A stretch of DNA of 64,000 nucleotides from a bacterium (GTDB taxonomy: Bacteria > Patescibacteriota > Minisyncoccia > Phycocordibacterales > PALSA-1337), in assembly GCA_025355565.1 (NCBI GenBank), contig JANXZK010000010.1, positions 6,543 to 70,542 on the forward strand. Reading direction: 5' to 3'. The position numbers and the translations under genes are program-made. This document shows, one piece after another, positions 37,620-46,770 of the stretch. Position 1 is the first letter of the stretch. Each line of letters starts with the position of its first letter. The notes below the pieces were generated by a model. It was not told the origin of the DNA, did not search any database, and saw only the letters and a program-made list of their open reading frames with translations.

Positions 37620-38627
37620 TTATTTCTTCCTCAACATCGCCCTGTGGACGGCGTCATAGATATGCATCTCGTCGATTCCATAGTGTTTGACCAATTCTTG
37701 GGGTGTCCCAGATTGTCCAAATCGATCCTTGATCCCGACAAATTCTATAGGTACAGGAAAATGCTCTGCTAGACATTCGGCAACTGCGGAACCCATACCA
37801 CCGGCTATCTGATGATCTTCGACGGTGACTATCGCTCCTGCATCACGGGCGAGTTTGATGATCGCTTTTTCATCCAATGGTTTGATGGTGGACAGGTTCA
37901 TGACTCGAACAGCTTTTCCTTCTTCGGATAGCTTCTTGGCGACTCGGAGTGCGCGGTAGAGAATGGGGCCGGTCGCAATGATGCCGATGTCGCAGGAGGA
38001 TCCGGTCAATCTCTCAGACTGATACACGATATGTGCCTTCCCTATATCAAATGGTGTCTTTTCGCCTGTCATGATCGGAGTCTTGTCACGACCGAGCCTC
38101 ATATATGTCGGTTGGTCCGTTTTTGCCGATGCTTCCGTGGCCTTGCGAGCCTCTATCGCATCACATGGACAGATAACTACCATTCTCGGTAAGACTCTCA
38201 TGAGGGCGATATCTTCGAGAGCTTGATGTGATCCGCCATCTGCACCGACGGTGACACCTGCGTGTGATCCTATGATTTTGACTGGTACGTCGTTATAGCA
38301 GACTGTTGTTCTGATTTGCTCCCAATTCCTGCCAGGGCTAAAGATAGCGTACGAACCGATAAATGGTATTTTTCCAGCCATCGCCAACCCACTCGCAACT
38401 GTGACTAGATTTTGCTCGGCGACCCCGATCTCTATGAACCTATTTGGGAACTTCTGCTTGAATGCTTCCATCTGAAGTGATTCTGTGAGATCAGCACAAA
38501 GCGCCACGACATCCTTGTCAGCCTTGCCCGCATTGACTAGTCCCTCACCAAAACCAGCGCGCATCGAAGCCAGCTCAACGTCTCGGTTGAATAGGTGTGA
38601 ATTGAGGTTTAGTGATGGATTGAGCAT
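37620..38627 (-). CDS. Transketolase, C-terminal subunit
   Basis: GVAEQN, G.DG.SHQALED and VEDHQ..GGMG motifs. Confidence 0.93.
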   Translation of the reverse strand: MLNPSLNLNSHLFNRDVELASMRAGFGEGLVNAGKADKDVVALCADLTESLQMEAFKQKFPNRFIEIGVAEQNLVTVASGLAMAGKIPFIGSYAIFSPGRNWEQIRTTVCYNDVPVKIIGSHAGVTVGADGGSHQALEDIALMRVLPRMVVICPCDAIEARKATEASAKTDQPTYMRLGRDKTPIMTGEKTPFDIGKAHIVYQSERLTGSSCDIGIIATGPILYRALRVAKKLSEEGKAVRVMNLSTIKPLDEKAIIKLARDAGAIVTVEDHQIAGGMGSAVAECLAEHFPVPIEFVGIKDRFGQSGTPQELVKHYGIDEMHIYDAVHRAMLRKK

Positions 38628-38670
38628 GGAAGATCGATCATTGAATAATTGAATAATGGGTTACTGGGCG

Positions 38671-39507
38671 TCATTTCACCGCCCGCAACGCCACCTTGAT
38701 TTCCTCAGCAGTTGTTGGTGCCTTGCCATGCCACTCGAACTTGCGTTCAAATTCCGGAATCCCTTTTGATGGAATGGTATGTGCGATGATGACCGATGGT
38801 CTGTCATATACCGCATGAGCCTCGCCAACTGCGCGATCTATTTCTGAAAAATCATGCCCATTTACCTCTTGGACATGCCAATTGAATGAACGCCATTTAT
38901 CAGCGAGAGGATTTAGCGGCATGATGTCTTCTGTGAATCCATCGATCTGGATATTGTTACGATCAACGATCACAGTCAGATTTTGGATCTTTTCCTTGCC
39001 GGCGAGCATGATCGCTTCCCAGGAATTGCCTTCGTCGAGTTCCCCATCGCTCATCATGCAGTAGTATTGACGGCCTGAGGATTTGCCGCTATCGATCCTG
39101 TCTGAGAGAGCCATACCGATAGTCTGTGACAGTCCCGATCCGAGTGGTCCAGAAGATGTCTCCAGTGATGGCAAGAAATCTCGATGTGGATGTCCTTGTA
39201 GCCTCGAACCAAATTTTCGCAAAGTTTCCAATTCTCTCACTGGAAAATATCCGGCATGTGCCATGGTGGCGTACAATGCAGGGCAAATATGACCATTGGA
39301 TAATACTAGTCGATCTCGATACTTCCATTTTGGATTCTTTGGGTCGTGTTTTAAGGCGTGGAAATATAGATATGTAAAGATGTCCGCCATTCCCATAGCG
39401 CCTGCCAGATGACCTGATCTTGCCTCTATCAACATTTCCACAATAGAGCGGCGGATAGCAGCTGCTTTCTTCTCAAGGAGTTTGATTTTGTCTTGGGTAA
39501 GGAGCAT
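38671..39507 (-). CDS. Transketolase, N-terminal subunit
   Basis: SGH, DRLVLSNGH, LQGHP and SDGELDEG..WEA motifs. Confidence 0.93.
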   Translation of the reverse strand: MLLTQDKIKLLEKKAAAIRRSIVEMLIEARSGHLAGAMGMADIFTYLYFHALKHDPKNPKWKYRDRLVLSNGHICPALYATMAHAGYFPVRELETLRKFGSRLQGHPHRDFLPSLETSSGPLGSGLSQTIGMALSDRIDSGKSSGRQYYCMMSDGELDEGNSWEAIMLAGKEKIQNLTVIVDRNNIQIDGFTEDIMPLNPLADKWRSFNWHVQEVNGHDFSEIDRAVGEAHAVYDRPSVIIAHTIPSKGIPEFERKFEWHGKAPTTAEEIKVALRAVK

Positions 39508-39517
39508 TTTATGGAGT

Positions 39518-40219
39518 CTACAATCTATTGAACCTCTGGACCGCATCTATCGGGTTATCAGACTCGAATATCGCGGAACCGACTATCAGCCTATTCGCGC
39601 CAGCATCTATCAATCTCGGCGCATTTTCGAGCGAAACGCCGCCATCAATGGAAATAATGAGACCCGGATACATTTTTTTGACCTGCTTTATGCGGTCTAT
39701 GACTTTTTCATTGAACTTCTGGCCTTGATAGCCGATGTGATCTATAGCCATGAGTTGCGCGCAGGAGATCAGATCCTTGTAGGACTCTATCGTTTCGATA
39801 GGCGTATCCATACTGAGTGCGAGGCCCGTCTCAACATTGTCTGACAACTTTTCAAAGGCACCGAGAATGTCGCCCTTTGATTCCGCATGAAGAATGATCC
39901 TAGTCGCGCCGACTCCAACCCATCGTTCTACGACTTCCTCAGGTCTATTTACCATGAGATCAAATTCGTAATCGACTTTCTCCCAACCAGGTAGTCCGTT
40001 TTCCTGCTGGACGAGCTTTTCAAAGTTGTCGTCATGTTTCTTCAATGGCCATCCAGGTGATGGTGTGAATTGACCATCACAGATATCTATCTGTATCGTT
40101 TTTGTAAATCCAAGGACGAGATCTATCTTCTCATTCAGATCATCAAAATCTACAGGCAAAATTGCTGGGATGATTTCAATTTTTCGATTTGTCGATATTT
40201 CTTGAGTATTCATCATCAT
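39518..40219 (-). CDS. rpe: Ribulose-phosphate 3-epimerase
   Basis: IIPAIL, QIDICDGQF, IDGGV and GSAIF motifs. Confidence 0.88.
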   Translation of the reverse strand: MMMNTQEISTNRKIEIIPAILPVDFDDLNEKIDLVLGFTKTIQIDICDGQFTPSPGWPLKKHDDNFEKLVQQENGLPGWEKVDYEFDLMVNRPEEVVERWVGVGATRIILHAESKGDILGAFEKLSDNVETGLALSMDTPIETIESYKDLISCAQLMAIDHIGYQGQKFNEKVIDRIKQVKKMYPGLIISIDGGVSLENAPRLIDAGANRLIVGSAIFESDNPIDAVQRFNRL

Positions 40220-40225
40220 AAGGAG

Positions 40226-40729
40226 TTACTCGATATTATCCATCTGTTTTATCCTCCTCTCATGTCTCTCATCATTACTGAATGGTGTTATGAGCCACGT
40301 TTCGACTGCTTTTTTCGCTTCATCTTCGTTGACAAATCCCGCGCCTATAGAAAGCACATTCGCGTCATTGTGCTCACGAGAAAGTCTGATGATGTTTGGT
40401 TGAGGTTTCTCAACATTTTTTGCTTTCGGTCGATCCAGATCTCCATACCATACTGCCGCCCTCACTCCAGGAAATCTGTTTGCGACCATCGCCTCGCCTT
40501 GGCCTGATCTGCCAAATAGTATGGCTTTCGTTTCCCCTTTTATATCAGCCGCTACCTTCATTGCTGCGGCGATCATGTATTGCGGGAAATCATCATCTGG
40601 AACTAGATCATGTGCACCGACATCTAAAATATTGTAACCGCCGTTGCGCAGAAAACGTTTGATGGCTTCTTTGAGTTCAAATCCAGCGTGGTCTGATGCG
40701 AGGATGATGGTTGTCGTGGAAGGATTCAT
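40226..40729 (-). CDS. rpiB: Ribose-5-phosphate isomerase B
   Basis: ASDHAGF, SGQGEAM.AN, REHNDANVL and RH.RR motifs. Confidence 0.92.
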   Translation of the reverse strand: MNPSTTTIILASDHAGFELKEAIKRFLRNGGYNILDVGAHDLVPDDDFPQYMIAAAMKVAADIKGETKAILFGRSGQGEAMVANRFPGVRAAVWYGDLDRPKAKNVEKPQPNIIRLSREHNDANVLSIGAGFVNEDEAKKAVETWLITPFSNDERHERRIKQMDNIE

Positions 40730-40757
40730 GATATACGTTGTATGAAATCTTTCGTCA

Positions 40758-40889
40758 TTATCTAATGTCTCTATAATGTGTCTCCGAAACGATCTGGGCG
40801 GAGTAGAAGAATGTGCCGATCAGAATGATGTAAAGTACTGTCCACAGTGCATTCCCTAGCGCATACGTGAGTATTTTCGGTTTTGTCAT
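40758..40889 (-). pseudogene. Probable truncated small membrane protein
   Basis: MTKPKILTYALGNALWTVLYIILIGTFFYSA (one TM helix), then an early stop. Confidence 0.35.
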
Positions 40890-40921
40890 TTAAATGTACC
40901 TAAAAAATATATAATGGTATT

Positions 40922-41455
40922 CTATTCTTCATAATAGTATGATTGTTCTATACCCTTCATGAACACTTCACGATCGTCGATCTTATCCGTCAGCGCGAAG
41001 CGTAGTAGCTCACGTATCTCTAGATCGCTCACTGGACTTCTCTGCATGGCATTTATATAGTTGGCCTTATCGATCTTGGCCCAATCTATACAACGTTTCA
41101 AGTTTTCTTTTAAGATCAGATCTAACCAGATCCGCATACTTCTTCCATTGCCTTCCATAAACGGATGGGCAATATTCATTTCCACGTATTTCGCTACTAT
41201 TTGCTCGAATGTGTCATTTGGCATTTTTTCTATCATATTTAGGCTTTCGTTCAAATACATATGTGAAGCAAATCGAAAGCCACCTTTACTGATGTTCTTT
41301 TCTCGAATCTTGCCAGCGAAATCACAAAGTCCACCAAATAAATATTCATGAATTTGTTGCAGACCCTCGGTGGTGCCGATCTTGATTTCTTCAATTTTTT
41401 GACTACCGAAAAGCTTTTTGGCTCGTTCTTTGCTGATTTCGTCTATATTCTTCAT
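40922..41455 (-). CDS. fic: Class III Fic AMPylase (NmFic-like)
   Basis: [12 protein letters not shown] and a C-terminal SYYYE inhibitory helix. Confidence 0.9.
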   Translation of the reverse strand: MKNIDEISKERAKKLFGSQKIEEIKIGTTEGLQQIHEYLFGGLCDFAGKIREKNISKGGFRFASHMYLNESLNMIEKMPNDTFEQIVAKYVEMNIAHPFMEGNGRSMRIWLDLILKENLKRCIDWAKIDKANYINAMQRSPVSDLEIRELLRFALTDKIDDREVFMKGIEQSYYYEE

Positions 41456-41498
41456 ATATACATTATAGCATTTTTAAGTTTGTTGTAGCTCTTCATGA

Positions 41499-42530
41499 TT
41501 ATATTAATCGACCTGCAGCGATTACATGCCTTACCAAAGTTTCGGTGTACCCCATTTCATTGTCATACCAAGCGAGGACTTTCACTAGATTGCCTCCGAC
41601 AACACGCGTGAATGCTAGATCAGCTATAGATGCATGTCTATTTCCAATGATGTCATGAGAAACTAATTGCTCCTCAGTGACGGTAAAAATATTCCTCCAA
41701 CGGTCTTCGCTAGCGGCTTTCTTCAATAGATTGTTCACTTCCTCAACCGAGGTATCGCGTTTGGAGATGAATGTTACATCAACGATCGAACCCGTGACGA
41801 CGGGTACGCGGATCGATATACCGTCAAACAATCCTTTGAATTTTGGCATGACCTGTGTTACAGCGATAGCGGCTCCAGTTGATGATGGGACGATGTTTTG
41901 CGCGGCGGCACGACCTTCACGGAGATCCTTCTTGGCGGGACCATCAACTAGTGATTGTGAGGCTGTATAGGCATGAACTGTGTTTAATAGTGCTTTCTCA
42001 ATGCCGAGAGTCTCATCCAATATGGCGATGAGTGGAGACCCAGCATTCGTCGTACATGAAGCATTCGATGATATTTTACAGCCTTCTAGTTTATCTTCAT
42101 TCATGGACAAGAGAATAGTCTCGCCTTTTATGACTGAATCTGGACCATCTTTTATCGGAGCTGTGACAACAACTCTCTTTGCACCAGCGGTGATATGTGC
42201 TTGCGCTTTGTCACTAGAAGTAAATAGCCCTGTTGATTCTACTACTACATCGATATCAAGTTTCGTCCATGGCAACTTTGCCGGATCTTTTTCGCTGATA
42301 AATAGGATCTCAGCACCGTCAACCATGAGTGTGCTCTTCTCCTCATTCACGGAAACGTCAAACTGACTGACACCATAGGCGGTGTCATATTTCAATAAAT
42401 ATGCAAAATTTTTGATGTCTCCTAGGTCATTGACTGCGACTATTTCGATCTCATGTCTCTCCTTAGCAACTTTCAGAAATGCTCTACCGATCCTGCCAAA
42501 ACCATTGATTGCGACGCGAGTTTTTTTCAT
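41499..42530 (-). CDS. gap: Glyceraldehyde-3-phosphate dehydrogenase
   Basis: INGFGRIGR, SNASCTTN and WYDNE motifs. Confidence 0.97.
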   Translation of the reverse strand: MKKTRVAINGFGRIGRAFLKVAKERHEIEIVAVNDLGDIKNFAYLLKYDTAYGVSQFDVSVNEEKSTLMVDGAEILFISEKDPAKLPWTKLDIDVVVESTGLFTSSDKAQAHITAGAKRVVVTAPIKDGPDSVIKGETILLSMNEDKLEGCKISSNASCTTNAGSPLIAILDETLGIEKALLNTVHAYTASQSLVDGPAKKDLREGRAAAQNIVPSSTGAAIAVTQVMPKFKGLFDGISIRVPVVTGSIVDVTFISKRDTSVEEVNNLLKKAASEDRWRNIFTVTEEQLVSHDIIGNRHASIADLAFTRVVGGNLVKVLAWYDNEMGYTETLVRHVIAAGRLI

Positions 42531-42667
42531 TGAAATTGGTGGTTATGCTATAGATAATTTATCCTATCAACATATTGATTATACCATGACTCGATAAAGT
42601 TATGCACAGGTATCTCGATTCCACATTAACTTTATAGTGGTACACTGTCTGCAGAAAACAACCGAGC

Positions 42668-43168
42668 ATGCGTCATGCTCCTAACAATATGCGACGAGAT
42701 AACATTGAAAATCGTGGTGTCCATAGCGAGTCGATGGTTGAAAAAGCTCTCGAATGCTGGAAGCGGAGTCCCCGTCCGGATCATGGCGTACCGGTGATAT
42801 ACGGCTTCATCCATGCCAAACCGAATGATGGGCTGGACCGGAAGCAGATTGATTTTGTTGTGAAGTGTGAAGGCAATCTGATCGTTCCAGTTCAGGTGAA
42901 GAGCTCAATTCGTGCCAAGCTAAAATTCGAGAGGTACTGTCGTGAAGCCAAAAGGCTGATCGTGGCGATAGCAGTAGAGGTCAAGGACACGATTGGTCGG
43001 GTTATGTGGAAGATTGCCAGGGGGATATTGTGGTTTCGGAATAAGCTTGCGGAGCAAAATGATGTTTCTTACGCGCAGAAGCCGACACCGATTCCAGAGG
43101 TAAAGTTGAAACGCTTACGAAGAAGACGTTACTGTCCGCGTTATAGTCCCGTATGCATGTGCCACTAG
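42668..43168 (+). CDS. Hypothetical protein with PD-(D/E)XK-like motif
   Basis: SE...LDRKQIDFVV...VPVQVKSS; TG-TACACT promoter; terminator at 43198-43230. Confidence 0.6.
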   Translation: MRHAPNNMRRDNIENRGVHSESMVEKALECWKRSPRPDHGVPVIYGFIHAKPNDGLDRKQIDFVVKCEGNLIVPVQVKSSIRAKLKFERYCREAKRLIVAIAVEVKDTIGRVMWKIARGILWFRNKLAEQNDVSYAQKPTPIPEVKLKRLRRRRYCPRYSPVCMCH

Positions 43169-43295
43169 CTTACATCATTTAGAGGAGTTGATTTTATAGC
43201 GCGGAGGGTATAATCCCGATCGCGCTTTTTGTTTGCATAAATTTATGCCGATCAACATCAAGTGATAGTTGCAAATGTTTGATTGGGGGCATTAT

Positions 43296-44372
43296 CTATA
43301 CTGATTTGTGCCACGCATACTCTTCGCAAAGGTTCCTGATGAGTCCTGGTCCTTCGAATATCATCCCTGTGATGAGCTGTATGAGGTCAGCACCTGCATC
43401 AAGCTTGTCCCTTGCGTTCCCCCACGATGCCACACCTCCAACACCGATTATGGTAAATCGGCGACCATATTTTTCACGGGTTTTGCGGATCAGGCTGGTG
43501 GAGAGTTCGCGGCACGGTTTACCAGAAAGACCACCTCGATATTCTGTTGGAGCTTCGTTGCGAAAATCGAGTGCTTTGTAGTCCTTATTCAGGTTGCCGA
43601 TGACGACACCTTGTAATTTGTGGGTGTCGATGACTCGTAGTAGCGAATCGAATTGATCCCATGAAATATTTATAGGCATTTTTACATAGATAGGTTTGTT
43701 GCAAGGAATTTTCATGAGCGCGGACAGGAGTTGCTCGAGTAGAGGAGCGGTGATGAAAGCTTCCCCACCAAATGCGTTCGGGCAAGAGATATTGATCGTA
43801 TAGTAATCTCCGACATTTTCCTCATTCAGTCGCTTGAATGAATAGACATAATCATCGATCGCACCCTCCACAGTTGCCGCATCATCACAATTTGTCTTTG
43901 CTATCGAGATACCTAAGACGAATCGAGGAGAATCCTTGGTTTCCGACATTAGCCCACCCTGTTTATTAGTCTCCTTCAGTCTCTTTACGATCGCATCTAC
44001 CCCATCATTCCTCAATCCCTTATTGACGATGATGCTTTGTGACCGCGGGAGACGTGTTAGTCTCGGTCTCGGATTACCATCGCATGGCTTTGCAGTAACT
44101 GAACCAACTTCCTCACCACCCATGCCGATGCATGGTAGGATCTGGCTCAAATGGCCATTGTAGTCAAAGCCAGCAGATAAGAGGAATGGCGTCCTATAGA
44201 TGATCCCATCGACAGTCTTCGAAATGTTCGCACCATGATATCCATATATGAGGCTAGTCAATAATCTCCCGATCCAAAACCGACCAAGTATCCTGCCGGT
44301 TGATGTAAAAAAGTCATGAACACTTTCAGGATCGAATATGAATAATATGGGTTTTAGAATACGTTTATACAT
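43296..44372 (-). CDS. pyrD: Dihydroorotate dehydrogenase, quinone-type (class 2)
   Basis: DPE.VH, SAGFD, GNPRPRL.RL, NISCPN, GGLSG and IGVGG motifs. Confidence 0.92.
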   Translation of the reverse strand: MYKRILKPILFIFDPESVHDFFTSTGRILGRFWIGRLLTSLIYGYHGANISKTVDGIIYRTPFLLSAGFDYNGHLSQILPCIGMGGEEVGSVTAKPCDGNPRPRLTRLPRSQSIIVNKGLRNDGVDAIVKRLKETNKQGGLMSETKDSPRFVLGISIAKTNCDDAATVEGAIDDYVYSFKRLNEENVGDYYTINISCPNAFGGEAFITAPLLEQLLSALMKIPCNKPIYVKMPINISWDQFDSLLRVIDTHKLQGVVIGNLNKDYKALDFRNEAPTEYRGGLSGKPCRELSTSLIRKTREKYGRRFTIIGVGGVASWGNARDKLDAGADLIQLITGMIFEGPGLIRNLCEEYAWHKSV

Positions 44373-44421
44373 CAGTATGTCAAATATAGCATACACAGGC
44401 ATATCAACATAACGAATATCA

Positions 44422-44658
44422 CTAATAATAACCCCACACCTGTCCCCTCACTTCCTCGCAATTTGCTAGCAATCTCTCGGCATTTTCTCAAAGGATTCGC
44501 TCCTCTCCTTCGCCACTGTACTCATCATTACTGTGGAATACTGAGAAAAGCTACGGAGGAGCAGGCAAGGATTCACTCATTCTTTGGAAAATGTCCCGAG
44601 ATATTGCTTCGCAAAGAGTGCTCGGTCGTTCGGGGATCAAGTGTGGGGTTATTATTAG
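44422..44658. mobile_element. 237-bp palindromic non-autonomous (MITE/REP-like) element
   Basis: Perfect 18-bp terminal inverted repeat CTAATAATAACCCCACAC/GTGTGGGGTTATTATTAG, imperfect inner arms, and related copies at 46708-46769 and 54225-54261. Confidence 0.65.
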
Positions 44659-44698
44659 CGCACTTTTCACATTACATGAATCGTTGTACACTGATGGC

Positions 44699-44866
44699 AT
44701 GAATGCGAGACCATTTATCTACATCGGAATATTTATCGGATCAACTATCGGCAGTTTTATTCCGACGATCTGGGGCGATGGATATTTCTCGATGTCTTCG
44801 ATAGTATTCAGTCTTTTTGGCGCGATGATCGGCATGTGGCTGGGTTTCAAATTGGCGACGATGTAA
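44699..44866 (+). CDS. Small two-TM Gly-rich membrane protein
   Basis: IGIFIGSTIGSFIP.IWG...FS.SSI..S..GA..G.W.G; TACACT 6 nt upstream of the ATG. Confidence 0.75.
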   Translation: MNARPFIYIGIFIGSTIGSFIPTIWGDGYFSMSSIVFSLFGAMIGMWLGFKLATM

Positions 44867-44932
44867 GAATGCTAGTTTATTTTTCGTCAAATTTTTCATT
44901 TTTCATTTCGCGTATTTAACATTACATTATTC

Positions 44933-45691
44933 ATGACCGCATATTCAAAACAAGTCATTATCTTCTCATTGAATGGGACATTGACTAGCAATGGCCAATC
45001 CATCGATCCTGAGACAGCCGAGATGCTCATGACACTGCTAGATAGTAAGAAGGTGGCGGTAGTATCCGGTTGCGGCATGCCACGTTTCGAGGTTCAATTG
45101 CTGAAAGGATTTGGCGTTAGTCCAGATAGATTTGCCAATCTGTTCTTATTGCCCGCCTCTGGAACAAAGCTCCTGACATGGAAGGGGGCATGGGTTGAGA
45201 CGTATTCTCTTCATTTGACACCTCAACAGAAGGAAGAGATCATGGTCGCGTTGAACGTTGCTCTACGCAAAGTTGGCTGGTCGAAGCCCGCTGTATCGTA
45301 TGGCACGATCATTCAAGATCGTGGGTCGCAGATAACTTTTTCAGGATTAGGTGAGAATGCGCCGATCGAATTGAAGGCTGTATGGGATCCGGAACGCTCT
45401 CTTAGAGAAAAGATCGTGGCAGAATTACAGACAAAGATCCCTAGTTACGACATCCGTATCGGCGGGATGACCTCTATCGATTTTACTAAGCGTGGAGTCA
45501 ATAAAGGCTACGGCATTCGCAAACTGGAGGAATTGTTAAAGCTTGAGCCCGAAACGATGATATTCGTGGGTGACGGTATTTACTCTGGAGGAAATGATTT
45601 CCCTGTCAAAGCAACAGGTATTGATTGCGTACCAGTCAAGTCAGTTCTGGAGACGAAGGAGTTGCTGAAAACTTGGGTGGTTGCTTCATGA
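44933..45691 (+). CDS. HAD-IIB (phosphomannomutase-like) protein lacking the motif-I aspartates
   Basis: IQDRGSQITFS.LG, WDP...R, GG.TSID.T..GVNK and GD....GGND present; motif I reads FSLNGT instead of FDLDGT. Confidence 0.85.
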   Translation: MTAYSKQVIIFSLNGTLTSNGQSIDPETAEMLMTLLDSKKVAVVSGCGMPRFEVQLLKGFGVSPDRFANLFLLPASGTKLLTWKGAWVETYSLHLTPQQKEEIMVALNVALRKVGWSKPAVSYGTIIQDRGSQITFSGLGENAPIELKAVWDPERSLREKIVAELQTKIPSYDIRIGGMTSIDFTKRGVNKGYGIRKLEELLKLEPETMIFVGDGIYSGGNDFPVKATGIDCVPVKSVLETKELLKTWVVAS

Positions 45692-45697
45692 GTAGTG

Positions 45698-46681
45698 CTA
45701 TATTATTTTCTTCACCATTTCGATAATTTTCTTAGTATCTTCCTCTCTACCTGCATATTTTGATCCTAGCACGACGATCGCTACAGGCTGGTCGCTGATC
45801 TTCATGATCGTTAACATAGTATCACCGGCTTCGGGTGTTCTGCCAGTTTTACCGCCAATGAAATTGGGATCATGAATGAACGGGTGTATGCTCACAAAGT
45901 CGTGGTATCCGTGTTCCGTGGTCGTCGCGACAGAAGTGCTAGCGACACGGGTCAGCGTTAGAATATCTGGTCGGAATTTGTATAGATACTTTGCCAAGGC
46001 AAATAGGTCGCGAGCACTGGCTCTATTCATGGGATCGACTCCCGATGGGTCAGCAAAATATGCCGTGCTCATACCGATCTCCCAAGCATAGCTCCTCATG
46101 AGATCTAGGAAATTCAATCGATCCGTTGTAGAAGCTAGAGCTTCTGCGGCGATGTTAGATGAGTCTAGGAGCAGAGGATACAACATCTCGCCGAGGACAT
46201 ACGTTTCACCCGCACTGATGCCGCTTCCATCCGGAGGAACATCGGCCTCCTCCTTGGTGATCGTGATGCTGGTCGTCCCTGGTAGCATATCGGTCGCCGC
46301 AAAGGCGGTGACGAGTTTGGACATCGAGGCGACAGGCAATACCTGGTCAGTATTTCTTCCTATATAGATCTTGCCAGTCTCGATATTTGCGGCGATGTAA
46401 GCCGATGCGGAGATGCCGTCTGCCGGCATGATAGGTACAAGTTTCGTCGTTGTTGCCTCGGCGCCAGTTATAGACCTCGCTGTTTGATCGATGACATCAG
46501 TAGCGTTACCAAATACAGAAGGATCATGATCGTTCGCCACTGCTGGGTTGCTATTTGAGGTAACAATCATCTGACTGTCAGTGTCGTTACTGTATTCTTG
46601 GATATTATTCGCTGCTACGATACCGAGTATACATAGGCAAATTACGAGTATGATAGACAAACTGCGATGATTATTCGGCAT
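45698..46681 (-). CDS. D-alanyl-D-alanine carboxypeptidase (peptidase S11)
   Basis: ASMSK, SSN and KTG motifs; N-terminal TM helix. Confidence 0.9.
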   Translation of the reverse strand: MPNNHRSLSIILVICLCILGIVAANNIQEYSNDTDSQMIVTSNSNPAVANDHDPSVFGNATDVIDQTARSITGAEATTTKLVPIMPADGISASAYIAANIETGKIYIGRNTDQVLPVASMSKLVTAFAATDMLPGTTSITITKEEADVPPDGSGISAGETYVLGEMLYPLLLDSSNIAAEALASTTDRLNFLDLMRSYAWEIGMSTAYFADPSGVDPMNRASARDLFALAKYLYKFRPDILTLTRVASTSVATTTEHGYHDFVSIHPFIHDPNFIGGKTGRTPEAGDTMLTIMKISDQPVAIVVLGSKYAGREEDTKKIIEMVKKII

Positions 46682-46707
46682 TCATCACATTATATCATAT
46701 GTGTATA

Positions 46708-46769
46708 TTTGGAAAATGCCACGAGAGATTGCTAGCAAATTGCGATGAAGTGAGGGGACAGGTGGGGGT
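46708..46769 (-). repeat. Inverted copy of the left arm of the 44422 element
   Basis: Reverse complement matches 44431-44492; the core CACCTGTCCCCTCACTTC(A/C)TCGCAATTTGCTAGCAATCTCTCG has one mismatch. Confidence 0.9.
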
Positions 46770-46770
46770 A

